DNA of 64,000 bases, taken from contig CAWEYG010000003.1 of NCBI GenBank assembly GCA_963813155.1, forward strand, positions 832,001-896,000, given 5' to 3'. Shown piece after piece: positions 41,369 through 51,471 of the stretch. Within the stretch, counting starts at the first letter, position 1. Each line of letters begins with the position of its first letter. Source of the stretch: an uncultured Acidobacteriota bacterium. GTDB lineage: Bacteria > Acidobacteriota > Thermoanaerobaculia > UBA5066 > DATFVB01. The position numbers and the translations under genes were made by a program. Under the pieces are notes generated by a model. That model searched no databases and was not told the origin of the DNA. It saw only the letters and a program-made list of their open reading frames with translations.

Positions 41369-42175
41369 ATGTACAACGACTACTACGGGTTCCGCGAATC
41401 TCCGTTTAACATCACTCCCGACCCCCGCTTCCTCTTCTTCAGCGAACAGCACCGGGAAGCTTTCAACCACATCCTCTTCGGCATTCGCGAGAGGAAGGGG
41501 TTCATCCAGATCACGGGCGAGGTCGGAGCCGGGAAGACGACCGTGTGCCGCTCGATCCTGGAGCAGCTCGGAGAGAACTACAAGACCGCGTTGATCCTGA
41601 ATCCGCGGCTGACGAGCGCCCAGCTGCTTCGCGGAATCCTGGCCGAGCTCGGGCTGCCGCCGCGCCGCGCCGACCGCGCCGCCGGGCTCGAGGCGCTCAA
41701 CCGGTTTCTCCTGGAACAGGCCGAGGCCGGCCGCGACGTGGTCCTCATCATCGACGAGGCGCAGGACCTCGGAGACGACCTGCTCGAAGACGTGCGGCTC
41801 CTGTCCAATCTCGAAACCGACCGGCGAAAGCTTCTCCAGATCGTCCTGATCGGCCAGCCGGAGCTCCGAGAGAAGCTGAACGCCCAGGAGCTTCGCCAGC
41901 TCCGCCAGCGGATCACCGTCCGCTACCACCTCGACCCGCTGTCGCGCGCGGACACGGAGCGCTACATCCAGCACCGCCTTCAGATCGCGGGCGGCAACGG
42001 ACGGCCCGACTTCAGCGGCTGGGCGATTCGAAGCATTCACCGTTATTCGAAGGGCGTGCCCCGCCTCATCAACGCCGTCTGCGACAAGACGCTGCTCTGC
42101 GGGTTCGTCACGGGCGACGACCATCTGACATCGAGCCACGTTCGCCGGGCCGTGCGGGAACTGGAAGGAAGATGA
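41369..42175 (+). CDS. exeA: ExeA/GspA-family AAA ATPase (short form, no peptidoglycan-binding domain)
   Basis: YYGFRESPFNITPDPRFLF, TGEVGAGKT, IIDEAQ, LIGQPEL and GVPRLIN. Confidence 0.88.
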   Translation: MYNDYYGFRESPFNITPDPRFLFFSEQHREAFNHILFGIRERKGFIQITGEVGAGKTTVCRSILEQLGENYKTALILNPRLTSAQLLRGILAELGLPPRRADRAAGLEALNRFLLEQAEAGRDVVLIIDEAQDLGDDLLEDVRLLSNLETDRRKLLQIVLIGQPELREKLNAQELRQLRQRITVRYHLDPLSRADTERYIQHRLQIAGGNGRPDFSGWAIRSIHRYSKGVPRLINAVCDKTLLCGFVTGDDHLTSSHVRRAVRELEGR

Positions 42176-42810
42176 GCCTCATCGACGACGCCCTGAGACG
42201 GGCCCGAGAAGAAGCCGCCCTGCAGGAAGCCGAGAAACGTCCCGGATCGTCGCGCTGGGCTCCGTCCCACATTCCGCGGCGTCGCCGCCCGGCGTGGAAG
42301 GCCGCGGGCGCTCTCGCGGCCGTTTTCCTCGCCGGCTCGGCGGCCGCGTGGCTCTTCCTCTCGAGAGCTCCCGAGCGCTCCGTTCCGGATCCCTCGGCGC
42401 GCCCTTCCCCTTCCGCGGCTCCACCTCCGGCCGCCGTCGCCGCCCCGGCGCCGGCGCCGGCGCGGAGAGTCGAACCCCCGGCTCGGACCCGGGTCCGCCG
42501 CGCTCCCGAAGAAAACTCTCCGGCGCCCGGCGCCGCCGCGCCGGAAGCGTCTCCCAATCCCGCATCGGCCTCCGCGGCGCCACCCCCGGCGGCCGGTCAG
42601 AGAACGTTCGTGCACACCGCGACGCTCGCCGGCGGACAGACGATCGAGCTCGGAGGCATCGTTTACAACGAGGAAAATCCCATCGCCCTCATCAACGGGA
42701 AAGTCGTCGCGCCCGGCGGCCTCGTCGGCGACTTCACGGTCGTTCAGATCCGCCCGGAACGGGTCGATTTCTCCGGGAACGGAACGACGTTTTCGATTCT
42801 CCTGCGCTGA
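42172..42810 (+). CDS. ExeB/GspB-like membrane-anchored protein
   Basis: MSLIDDALRRA N-terminus, one TM helix, Pro/Ala linker and C-terminal LGGIVY...ALING; ATGA overlap with exeA. Confidence 0.75.
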   Translation: MSLIDDALRRAREEAALQEAEKRPGSSRWAPSHIPRRRRPAWKAAGALAAVFLAGSAAAWLFLSRAPERSVPDPSARPSPSAAPPPAAVAAPAPAPARRVEPPARTRVRRAPEENSPAPGAAAPEASPNPASASAAPPPAAGQRTFVHTATLAGGQTIELGGIVYNEENPIALINGKVVAPGGLVGDFTVVQIRPERVDFSGNGTTFSILLR

Positions 42811-42812
42811 GC

Positions 42813-44648
42813 GTGTTTTCCCTCGACGGCGTTCTCTTCTTTGCCCGGCACGCGGCGGTGTTCGGCGTCCTCGGCGCGACGTGCTTCGTTTTCGGGCGGC
42901 GCCTCCTTCGCGGGTTCGACTTCGCGAGCGCCGGCGAAGAGATCGCTCTCAGCACCGGTCTCGGACTCGGAACCGCGGCGACCGCGCTGTTCGGAATCGG
43001 GCTGGCCGGGGACCTCACGGTTCCCGCCGTCGTCGGAGGAATTCTGCTGATCCACGTGGCATGCCTGGGAACCTGGCGCGACACGGTCCGGCGCGCCCGA
43101 TCCCGCGCGCGCGCGCTGGAGGGTCGCGATCTCTGGCCCTGGGTTCCCGTCGCTTTCGCGTGCGCCCTCGTCGCCGTTCTCTCCTGCTACCCTCCGACCG
43201 GCTTCGACGCGACCCTCTACCATCTTCCCTACGCGCGGGCTTTCGCGCGGACCCACCGGATCGCGAGCCTTCCCGAGCGGAGATTTCCCGTGTTTCCCCA
43301 GCTCGGCGAGTCGGCGTTCTCCGCCGTTCTCCTGCTCTCCGACGACACGAATGTCCCCGGCGTGGAGGTCCTCGCCCTTCTCGCGGGTCTTGCGGCGCTC
43401 GGGGGCTGGGCGCGGAGAAAGGGCGGTCCGGCCGCGGGCGCGTGGGCCCCTTCCGCTTGGGCCGGCTGCCCCGTGGTCGCAATCTTCGCCGCCTCCGCTT
43501 ACGTGGACCTCGGCTTCGCGTTGTTCGCGCTGCTTTCGTTTCTCGCCTGGGAGCGCTGGAGGGAGGGCGGCGGCCGGAGTTGGGTGGGCGTCTCCGCGGT
43601 CTTCGCCGGGTTCTCCGCCGGAACGAAATACCACGGCCTTTTCCTCGTCGCGCTTCTCGGCGCGATGACGATCTGGGAATGCGCCCGCCGGCGAAGAGGA
43701 GCGCGTCCGGCCGTCCATTTCGCGGCGATCGCGGGGATCGTCTCCGCGCCGGCTTACGTCCGAAACTTCCTCGTCACGGGCAACCCGGTGTTTCCTTTTT
43801 TCTCCCGCGTCTTCGGGCCCTCGCCGTACTCCCTCGCTCTCGATGCGGTGACGCCCGGCGGCACCGCCGGCTCAGACGCGAGAATCACCTTCCTTCGCGC
43901 CGCCGGGGAATGGCTGGGCGCGCCTCTGCGGGTCGCGCGCTCGCTGACCGGAATGCCCGGAGTTTCCGGCCAGGCGCCGCTCTCCCCGTTTCTCCTGCTC
44001 CTGGCGGCAGCCGCCGCGCTCGTTGCGTTTCGAAGCTCGACCGTCCGTCGCGCGCTGCTGTTCGCCGTCGCCTACGCCGTCGCGTGCGGCGGCGCGGAGA
44101 CGCGATTCCTGATTCCCGCCGCCGCACTGATCGGCTTTGCCGGCTCCGTCGCGCTCGGGCGACTCGCCGGGGATCGAGTGGTTCGGTCGGTCGCGATGCG
44201 AACTGCGGTGGCGGCGGCCCTCGTTCTTCCGGGCGCCGCGTGGACCGGCTACCGCCTCGCCCGGCTCGGCCCGATTCCCGTCCGGGTCGCCGACCGGGAC
44301 GCCTACCTTCGCCGCGCGTTTCCTTCATACGCCGCGATCGAATACCTGAACCGCTCCGTCGGTCCGGCCTACACGGTCTACGCGGTCGGCGCCGAAAACC
44401 TCGCGTACTTCGCGGACGGAAACTATCTCGGCGACTGGTTCGGCCCTTACAGCTACAGCCGGATCTACGGCCCTCCCGCGCGCGACGCCGCAACGCTCGA
44501 CCGCAACCTTCGCGGCATCGGAGCCCGCTTCCTCCTTCTCAACCTCGCACGCCTGCCCGCTCCCCCACCGAACGACGCCTCGTTCCCGCGGCTGTTCCGG
44601 GAGCGGCTCCGGGGCCCCGGATTCCGCCTCTACGAAAGAACTCCCTGA
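42813..44648 (+). CDS. Multi-pass membrane glycosyltransferase (GT-C/ArnT-like)
   Basis: PPTGFDATLYHLP, AYVDL, AGTKYHG, YVRNFLVTGNPVFPF and RFLIP; many TM helices. Confidence 0.72.
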   Translation: MFSLDGVLFFARHAAVFGVLGATCFVFGRRLLRGFDFASAGEEIALSTGLGLGTAATALFGIGLAGDLTVPAVVGGILLIHVACLGTWRDTVRRARSRARALEGRDLWPWVPVAFACALVAVLSCYPPTGFDATLYHLPYARAFARTHRIASLPERRFPVFPQLGESAFSAVLLLSDDTNVPGVEVLALLAGLAALGGWARRKGGPAAGAWAPSAWAGCPVVAIFAASAYVDLGFALFALLSFLAWERWREGGGRSWVGVSAVFAGFSAGTKYHGLFLVALLGAMTIWECARRRRGARPAVHFAAIAGIVSAPAYVRNFLVTGNPVFPFFSRVFGPSPYSLALDAVTPGGTAGSDARITFLRAAGEWLGAPLRVARSLTGMPGVSGQAPLSPFLLLLAAAAALVAFRSSTVRRALLFAVAYAVACGGAETRFLIPAAALIGFAGSVALGRLAGDRVVRSVAMRTAVAAALVLPGAAWTGYRLARLGPIPVRVADRDAYLRRAFPSYAAIEYLNRSVGPAYTVYAVGAENLAYFADGNYLGDWFGPYSYSRIYGPPARDAATLDRNLRGIGARFLLLNLARLPAPPPNDASFPRLFRERLRGPGFRLYERTP

Positions 44649-44688
44649 CCGATCTCGATAGAATCCCGTTCGATACGAAGGAGGCAGA

Positions 44689-45969
44689 ATGCCGAAGGCC
44701 CAGACGTCTCCGGTGGCGCACGCTCCGAGCAACCCTTTCGACGTCGCTCTCGAACAATTCGACCGGGCGGCCGACATCCTCGGACTGGATGCCGGGCTTC
44801 GCGAAACGCTGCGGCGGCCGAAGCGCCAGCTGATCGTTTCGATCCCCGTCCGCATGGACGACGGATCGATTCGCGTCTACGAGGGCTATCGAGTTCAGCA
44901 CAACATCGCCCGGGGTCCGGCCAAGGGCGGCATCCGCTACCACCCGCAGGTTTCGCTCGACGAGGTCAAGGCTCTCGCTTCCTGGATGACGTGGAAGTGC
45001 GCGGTCGTCAACATTCCCTTCGGAGGCGGAAAGGGCGGCGTCATCTGCGACCCGAAATCCATGTCGCAGGGCGAGATCGAGCGAATGACGCGGCGCTTCA
45101 CGTCCGAGATCTCGATCATCATCGGCCACGACCGGGACATTCCCGCGCCCGACGTCTACACGAATCCCCAGATCATGGCCTGGATGATGGACACGATCTC
45201 CATGACGAAGGGCTACTCGACGCTCGGCGTCGTGACGGGCAAACCAATCGCCGTCGGCGGATCGGAGGGGCGCAACGAGGCGACCGCCCGGGGCTGCGTC
45301 GTCGCGATCGGCGAAGCCGCCGAGCACCTCTCGATGAAGGTCAAGGGCGCGAAAGTCGCCGTGCAGGGATTCGGAAACGCCGGCGCGATCACGGCCCGCC
45401 TGCTCTGGGAGATGGGAGCGAAAGTCGTCGCGGTCTCCGATTCGACCGGCGGGATCTACAACGCGAAGGGCCTGCCGATCGACAAGGTTCTCGCCGCGAA
45501 GGAAAAGTCGGGAACCGTTCGCCGCTACCCGGGGCCCTGCGAGAAGATCTCCAACGAGGCTCTCGTGGAGCTGCCGGTCGACGTCCTCGTGCCCGCCGCC
45601 CTCGAGGGCGTGATCACGCAGGACAACGCGCGGAGCGTGAAGGCGAAAATCATCGCCGAGGCGGCGAACGGGCCCACGACGCCGGAGGCCGACGACATTC
45701 TCCTGAAGCGCGGCGCCCTCGTGATCCCCGACATCCTCGCCAACGCCGGCGGGGTGACGGTGTCGTACTTCGAATGGGTCCAGGACCTGTATTCATTCTT
45801 CTGGGAAACGGACTTCGTGTACGCGCACCTCACAAAGACGATCCGGCACTCGTTCAAACAGGTGTACGACACCGCGAAGAAGAACAAAACCGACATGCGC
45901 ACGGGAGCCATGGTCCTCGCCGTCGGACGCGTCGCCGAGGCGACGAGGATCCGCGGGCTGTTTCCGTGA
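44689..45969 (+). CDS. gdhA: Glu/Leu/Phe/Val dehydrogenase (glutamate dehydrogenase)
   Basis: RGPAKGGIRYHP, GGGKGG, DIPAPDV, QGFGNAG and PDILANAGGVTVSYFEW. Confidence 0.93.
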   Translation: MPKAQTSPVAHAPSNPFDVALEQFDRAADILGLDAGLRETLRRPKRQLIVSIPVRMDDGSIRVYEGYRVQHNIARGPAKGGIRYHPQVSLDEVKALASWMTWKCAVVNIPFGGGKGGVICDPKSMSQGEIERMTRRFTSEISIIIGHDRDIPAPDVYTNPQIMAWMMDTISMTKGYSTLGVVTGKPIAVGGSEGRNEATARGCVVAIGEAAEHLSMKVKGAKVAVQGFGNAGAITARLLWEMGAKVVAVSDSTGGIYNAKGLPIDKVLAAKEKSGTVRRYPGPCEKISNEALVELPVDVLVPAALEGVITQDNARSVKAKIIAEAANGPTTPEADDILLKRGALVIPDILANAGGVTVSYFEWVQDLYSFFWETDFVYAHLTKTIRHSFKQVYDTAKKNKTDMRTGAMVLAVGRVAEATRIRGLFP

Positions 45970-46424
45970 AGAGCCTCCAAGACACGTACGCGCCGAACAA
46001 CCGGTGCTTCGGCTGCGGCCCGGCGAACGAGAAGGGCCTCCGCATCAAGAGCTTCGCGGACGGCGACGAGCTCGTCTGCGACTGGACGCCGGAGCCGTAT
46101 CACCAGGCTTTTCCCAACGCGCTGAACGGCGGGATCTGCGGCGCGCTGCTCGACTGCCACAGCAACTGGGCGGCGGCGCACCATTTCCTGAAGAAATCGG
46201 GAGGCGACGACCTGCCGAGCACGGTGACCGCAGACTTCCACGTCCGCCTGCGAAAACCCACGCCGATGGACGCCCCCCTGCGCCTGCGCGCGCGCGTCGT
46301 CGAATCCGAAGGAGATCGCGCGATCGTGGAGGCGAGTCTCGAGTCGCGCGGCACGGTGACGGCGACCTGCCGCGGCACGTTCGTCGTCGTCCGCGAGGGG
46401 CACCCCGCTTTCCACCGCTGGTGA
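45966..46424 (+). CDS. PaaI/hotdog-fold thioesterase
   Basis: CFGCGPANEKGL, LNGGICGALLDCH and VTADFHVRLRKPTP; GTGA overlap with gdhA. Confidence 0.85.
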   Translation: MKSLQDTYAPNNRCFGCGPANEKGLRIKSFADGDELVCDWTPEPYHQAFPNALNGGICGALLDCHSNWAAAHHFLKKSGGDDLPSTVTADFHVRLRKPTPMDAPLRLRARVVESEGDRAIVEASLESRGTVTATCRGTFVVVREGHPAFHRW

Positions 46425-46451
46425 CGAAGCCGATCGGCTAAGATTCGACAA

Positions 46452-47486
46452 ATGCCTCTCGAGACGGGATCCCGCGACGAGCCCTTCGTGGACGTCGTCG
46501 TCCCGGTCCACGACGAAGAGGCCTATATCGCGGAAAAGATCGAGAACCTCCTGGCCCTCGACTACCCCTCCGACAAAATCCGGTTCTGGATCGTCGACGG
46601 TGCTTCCCGCGACGCCACCCGCCGGGCTGCCACGGCCGTGATCCGGGGCGATACCCGATTCACGCTGCTCCGGTCGGACGTCGCCGACAAAGCGCGCCAG
46701 CTGAATCTCGCACTCCCGGAGTGCCGCGGCGAGTGGATCCTCGTGACCGACGCGGACTCTCGCCTGGCGGCCGACACACTCCGCAGTCTCGTGAAAGAGG
46801 GAGTGTCGGCGCCTCACACCGGGGCGGTCGGCGTCGCGGTGACCCCGGCGCGGCCCCACCCCTGGGAAGAGCTCCACTGGAGAGAGACCGACGGCATCCG
46901 GCTGCGGGAAGCCGCTCACGGCAGCGCGTCGATCGTGACGGGACCCTGTTATCTCGTCCGGCGGGGAGTCGTTGACCGGTTTCCCGCGGGCGTCGTCGCC
47001 GACGACGTCCACGTCGCGTTTCGGAGCGCGGCGGCAGGGCTGCGCACCGGCTTCATACCCGGAGACGTGACGGAGCTGAGAACTCCGGCGTCGATCCGGG
47101 AGCTGATCCCGCACAAGTTCCGGAAAGCTCGAGCGTACGTTCGAGAGATCTTCCGCTTTCTCCCGCGGATCGCTGCTATGCGCGAGGACTCCCGAAGCAC
47201 CTTCCTCCGCCACGCGGCCAAGATGGTGCTGTTTCCGCTGGTCGTCTTTCCTGCCGCCGCGCTCGCCGTCCGGGCCGCCGGGGCCTCGGTTTCGCTCTCG
47301 GCCGCCCTCGCCGCGGCGGGCGCCGTCGCGGCGAAGCCCGAATGGCGCCGGCGGGCCGCGCTGGCCGCGCTCCTCACCGCCGTTCTCCTCGTCGCGACGG
47401 TCTCGCTTCTTTTCGTCGGCGTTCGCCTTTCCTACCGGAAGGTCGACGCGCGGAGATTGCCGCTCGCGGAGATCGACGCGGCATGA
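46452..47486 (+). CDS. GT2 glycosyltransferase with C-terminal TM helices
   Basis: VVVPVHDEE, ALDYP, VDGASRD, VTDADS and ADD. Confidence 0.85.
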   Translation: MPLETGSRDEPFVDVVVPVHDEEAYIAEKIENLLALDYPSDKIRFWIVDGASRDATRRAATAVIRGDTRFTLLRSDVADKARQLNLALPECRGEWILVTDADSRLAADTLRSLVKEGVSAPHTGAVGVAVTPARPHPWEELHWRETDGIRLREAAHGSASIVTGPCYLVRRGVVDRFPAGVVADDVHVAFRSAAAGLRTGFIPGDVTELRTPASIRELIPHKFRKARAYVREIFRFLPRIAAMREDSRSTFLRHAAKMVLFPLVVFPAAALAVRAAGASVSLSAALAAAGAVAAKPEWRRRAALAALLTAVLLVATVSLLFVGVRLSYRKVDARRLPLAEIDAA

Positions 47487-48538
47487 GAAACCGGACGAAA
47501 ATCGCGATCGGCGCCCGAATCCTCGCCGCCCGTCTGACGAACCGCCCGCGCCCCTTCTTCGTCCAGTACTCGCTGCTGAACGGCTGCAACGCCCGCTGCG
47601 TCTACTGCAATTCGCCCGACCGCGAAGACCGGCCTCTTTCCTTCGACCAGCACGTCGCGATCCTTCGCGATTTCGCGCGCCTCGGAGCCGCCCGGATCAA
47701 GTTCCTCGGCGGCGAGCCGCTGCTCGTCCGCGAGATTGGCGCGCTGGCGGACGAAGTCCACCGGCTCGGGATGCGAACCGCGATGGTCACGAACGGATTC
47801 CTGATCCCGGAAAAGTTCGACACCGTCCGGAAGATGGACGAGGTCGTCATTTCCATCGATGGCGCCGAGGAATCGCACGACCGCCAGCGCGGCCCGGGCG
47901 CCTGGAAGAAAGTCATGCGGGGAATCGATCTCTGCGCGAAGGAGGGGCTCGATTTCTTCCTGTCGGCCGTCGTCACTCGGCGCAGCGCCGACCAGATTCC
48001 GTGGCTGCTGGAAACTGCTTCGCGCCTCGGAATTATGGTCAACTTCCAGATTCCGCAGTTCAACGAGGAGATGTACGGCACCGAGGCGCGAGCGTGGATG
48101 CCCGATCCGGACGACATCCGCCGTATCGTGACGGAAATCATCGCCGCGAAGGAAGACGGGGCCCCCGTGCTCTTCACAACTCGCTCGTACCGCCGCACGC
48201 TCGCCTGGCCCGATTTCGGACTCGAGCGAGTCGAACGCCCGGGGAAACGTTCTCCCTGCACGGCGGGCCGCTATTTTTTGCAGATGGAGCCCAACGGCGA
48301 CGTTTACCCCTGCGTCCTGCACATCGGCACGTTTCGCCCGCTGAACGCGGCGCGCGACGGAGTCGAGAGAGCCTGGCGCCACGCCGGGGAACACTCCTGC
48401 TTCCGTTGCTACAACACCTGGCTCAACGAAAACCGCGCGATTTTCGACCTGAGCCCGGCGGTGCTCGGAAACTTCTGGAGCAACTACCTGAACGGCCGCG
48501 CGAATCCGCTCCGCCTGGATTCCGACCCGCGCTCGTGA
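47483..48538 (+). CDS. Radical SAM protein with SPASM/Twitch-like C-terminus
   Basis: CNARCVYC, GGEPLL, SIDG...HDRQRG and CTAG...GDVYPC...CFRC. Confidence 0.9.
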   Translation: MRNRTKIAIGARILAARLTNRPRPFFVQYSLLNGCNARCVYCNSPDREDRPLSFDQHVAILRDFARLGAARIKFLGGEPLLVREIGALADEVHRLGMRTAMVTNGFLIPEKFDTVRKMDEVVISIDGAEESHDRQRGPGAWKKVMRGIDLCAKEGLDFFLSAVVTRRSADQIPWLLETASRLGIMVNFQIPQFNEEMYGTEARAWMPDPDDIRRIVTEIIAAKEDGAPVLFTTRSYRRTLAWPDFGLERVERPGKRSPCTAGRYFLQMEPNGDVYPCVLHIGTFRPLNAARDGVERAWRHAGEHSCFRCYNTWLNENRAIFDLSPAVLGNFWSNYLNGRANPLRLDSDPRS

Positions 48539-49272
48539 ACCGGCTTCGATACCTCGGGGGCTTCGCCGCGGGAGCGATCTGGCTGATCGTCTGCTGCGCG
48601 GTCGGCTTCCTCTTTCTGCCGTTCGGCCGCCGCGAACGGCTCGCGGTCCGGGTCTTCGCGAAGGTTTTCTGCGGCGGAATCGTCACGGCGGTCGGCTGGC
48701 GGGTCCGGGTCGAAAATCCCGGGGGATTCACGGCGAGTCGGCCATGCGTCTTCGTCGCGAACCACCAGAGCTTCCTCGACGTTCTCCTCTTCGGCGCCGT
48801 CGTGCCGAAGGGAACCGTCGCGGCCGGGAAGAAGGAGATCGCCTACATCCCCTTTTTCGGTTGGTTCTTCCGCGCGTCGGGGAACGTTCTGCTCGACCGA
48901 GGAAATCGGCCGCAGACGGCCGCGGCCCTTCACCGGGCGGCGGAGATCCTGCGGCAGGACGGAATTTCGGTGTGGATGATGCCCGAAGGCCATCGCAACG
49001 ACGGACGAACGCTCCTCCCGTTCCGGAGCGGGGCATTTCGACTCGCGGCGGAAGCCGGCGTTCCAATCGTGCCCGTCGTCGCCGAACCGATCGCCGCCGT
49101 AGCCGACACGACGCGAAAGCGGGCGCGACGGGGCGAGTTTCGAATCCGCGTCCTCGAGCCGATCGCGACCGGCGGCGCCGAGACTCCCCTGAAAATGGCC
49201 CAGCTCGTCGAGCGCACCCGGAACCGGATGCAGAAAGCGTTTGACGAACTGGCCGCGACGAGCACCCGCTAA
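48535..49272 (+). CDS. plsC: 1-acyl-sn-glycerol-3-phosphate acyltransferase-like protein
   Basis: ANHQSFLD, PEGHR, FRSGAF and VPIVPV. Confidence 0.85.
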   Translation: MNRLRYLGGFAAGAIWLIVCCAVGFLFLPFGRRERLAVRVFAKVFCGGIVTAVGWRVRVENPGGFTASRPCVFVANHQSFLDVLLFGAVVPKGTVAAGKKEIAYIPFFGWFFRASGNVLLDRGNRPQTAAALHRAAEILRQDGISVWMMPEGHRNDGRTLLPFRSGAFRLAAEAGVPIVPVVAEPIAAVADTTRKRARRGEFRIRVLEPIATGGAETPLKMAQLVERTRNRMQKAFDELAATSTR

Positions 49273-49287
49273 AAACGACCGCCCGGT

Positions 49288-51431
49288 TTACTGCAGGTCG
49301 TACTCCGTGACGTTCTTGCCCTGCAGGTACTTGTCGAACCAGTTGAGGATGTGCCGCAGCCTCTCGACGCGGTGAGACGGCTTCCCCGAGCGGGACAACT
49401 CGTGCGTCTCCCCCGGGAAAACGACCATCGCGGTCGTTTTGTGCAGGGCCTTGAGCGCGCGAAACATCGTTCCACCGCCGGAGTCGGTCGGCGTTCGCAG
49501 GTCGCTCTGGCCTTCGATCAGCAGGAGGGGCGTCGTGATCTTCTCCGCGTACGTGACCGGCGACCGCGCGCGATATTCCTCCGGGTCTTGAAACGGGTAC
49601 TTGCGGAACCAGAACGGCGTGAACAGGGTGAAATCCGTCGAATACCAGAAAGCCGCCCAGTCTCCGATCGATCTCTGCGAGACCGCCGCCGCGAAACGGC
49701 TCGTCTGCGTGACCGTCCAGTTCGTCAGCAGCCCTCCGCCGCTTCCTCCCGTGACCCCGAGCTTCTTCTCGTCGATGTAACCGCGGCGGATCAGCTCGTC
49801 GACGCCCGCCATCAGGTCTTTGTAATCGTCCCCCGGGTAGCGATATTGGATGACGTTGCCGAAATCCTGACCGTAGGACGTGCTGCCGCGCGGATTCGGC
49901 GCGAGAACGACGTAGCCTTTCGCGGCCATCCACTGGAACTCGTGGAAGAACGTGTCGCCGTAGGCCGTGTGCGGACCGCCGTGGATATCGAGGATCAGAG
50001 GGTATTTCTTCGAAGGAGAGAAATCGGGCGGTTTCACGACCCATGCTTCGATCTTCGTCCCGTCGAAGCTCGTGTACCAGATCCGCTCGGACGCGGAGAT
50101 GCGAAGCTCGGAAAACAGCTCGTCGTTCGCGTGCGTGAGGCGCGTCAGCCGGCGCGTCGAAGCGTCGAGAACGTAAAGGTCGGCAAGGTGCGTGTCGTCG
50201 CCGATCGTCACCGCAAAGTGGCGCGCGTCGGAGGCCGCCGTGTACGAGACGACCTCGTGATCTCCGGTCGTCAACGATTCGACGCGGTGCGAGGCGACAT
50301 CGATCCGCATCAGGTTCGAGTGTCCGTGCTCGGTCGTCGAGACGATCACACTGGAGCCGTCGGCCGACCAGACCGGCGTTCCCTCGCCGCCTCCGCGAGG
50401 CGGATGCTGGTCTCCGAGGACGTCGTTGCCGATGTCGAAATCGTAATCCGCGGTCAGATTCTCCGCCTTGCCTCCCCGGTACTGGAAGACGTCGACCTCG
50501 GTGTACGAGCGCTCCTTCGCGGGATTGATCCATCCCTCGAAAGCGAAAGCCCGGCCATCTCCCGATAGAGCGACGCCACCGGGGAAGACCGGGCCGTCGA
50601 TATCGATCACCGTCTCGGTCGCTCCGCCGGATGCCGAGACCGAGTAGAGATTGCTGTCGGCGGGCTTGTAGTACGGCTCCTCCTGCCGGTCGGAGACAAA
50701 ATAGATCCGCGATCCGTCCCGGCTCCAGAACTCCCCGCCTTCGTCGTACCTGCCGGAGGTGAGCTGTCTCGCGGACCGGAGGCTTCTCCCCCGGAGGGTC
50801 CGAAGCGATCGTCCAGACGTGCTCGTGCCGGCCCAGGTCGAGCAGACCCTCGTCGTTGTCCCGATACAGCGCCCGCGTGATGACGCGAACGTCGCTCTTC
50901 TTTTTCTCATCCGGGTCCTTCCCGCCCGCCTCTCGAGCTCGCTTCTGCTCCGCCAGGTCTTCGGAGCTCGTCGAGCTCGTGAACGCGATCGTCCGGCCGT
51001 CCGGCGACCAGACCGCCGACGAAGCCCCTTTCGGAAGGTCGGTGAGCTTCTGTCCCTCGCCGCCGCCCATCGAGAGGAGATAGATCTGGGGAGGGTCCTT
51101 CTCCCCGGCTCGGAGGAACGCGAGCGTCTTCGAATCCGGCGACCAGCGGGGAGACGAGTCCCTCGGGCCCGGCGTGAGCAGCCTCGGCTCCTCCCGTCCC
51201 GACGTCGAGACGATCCAGAGCGCCGTGTCGTAGCGGTCCTCCTTCTCGTTTGCCGTCACGAGAACGTAGGCAACCTGCTGCCCATCAGGCGAGATTTCCG
51301 GATCCGCGACCCAACGAAACTTCAGGAGGTCGCTCTCCGTGACGGGCCGCGGCGGCGCCGCGGCGCGAGAGCCCCGAGATCCCCAGGAGCAGCGCCGCCG
51401 CCAGAAGGCCTTCTCTCATTCGAATATTCAT
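49288..51431 (-). CDS. S9 family exported peptidase; apparent frameshifts near 50780 and 51370
   Basis: Signal peptide, WSPD propeller repeats, IHGGPH, GGSGGG nucleophile, DLRTP and ETHELSRSG. Confidence 0.88.
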
Positions 51432-51471
51432 GCGGCGCAGGATAGTCCGGGGCTACCGGCCATTCCAAGAG

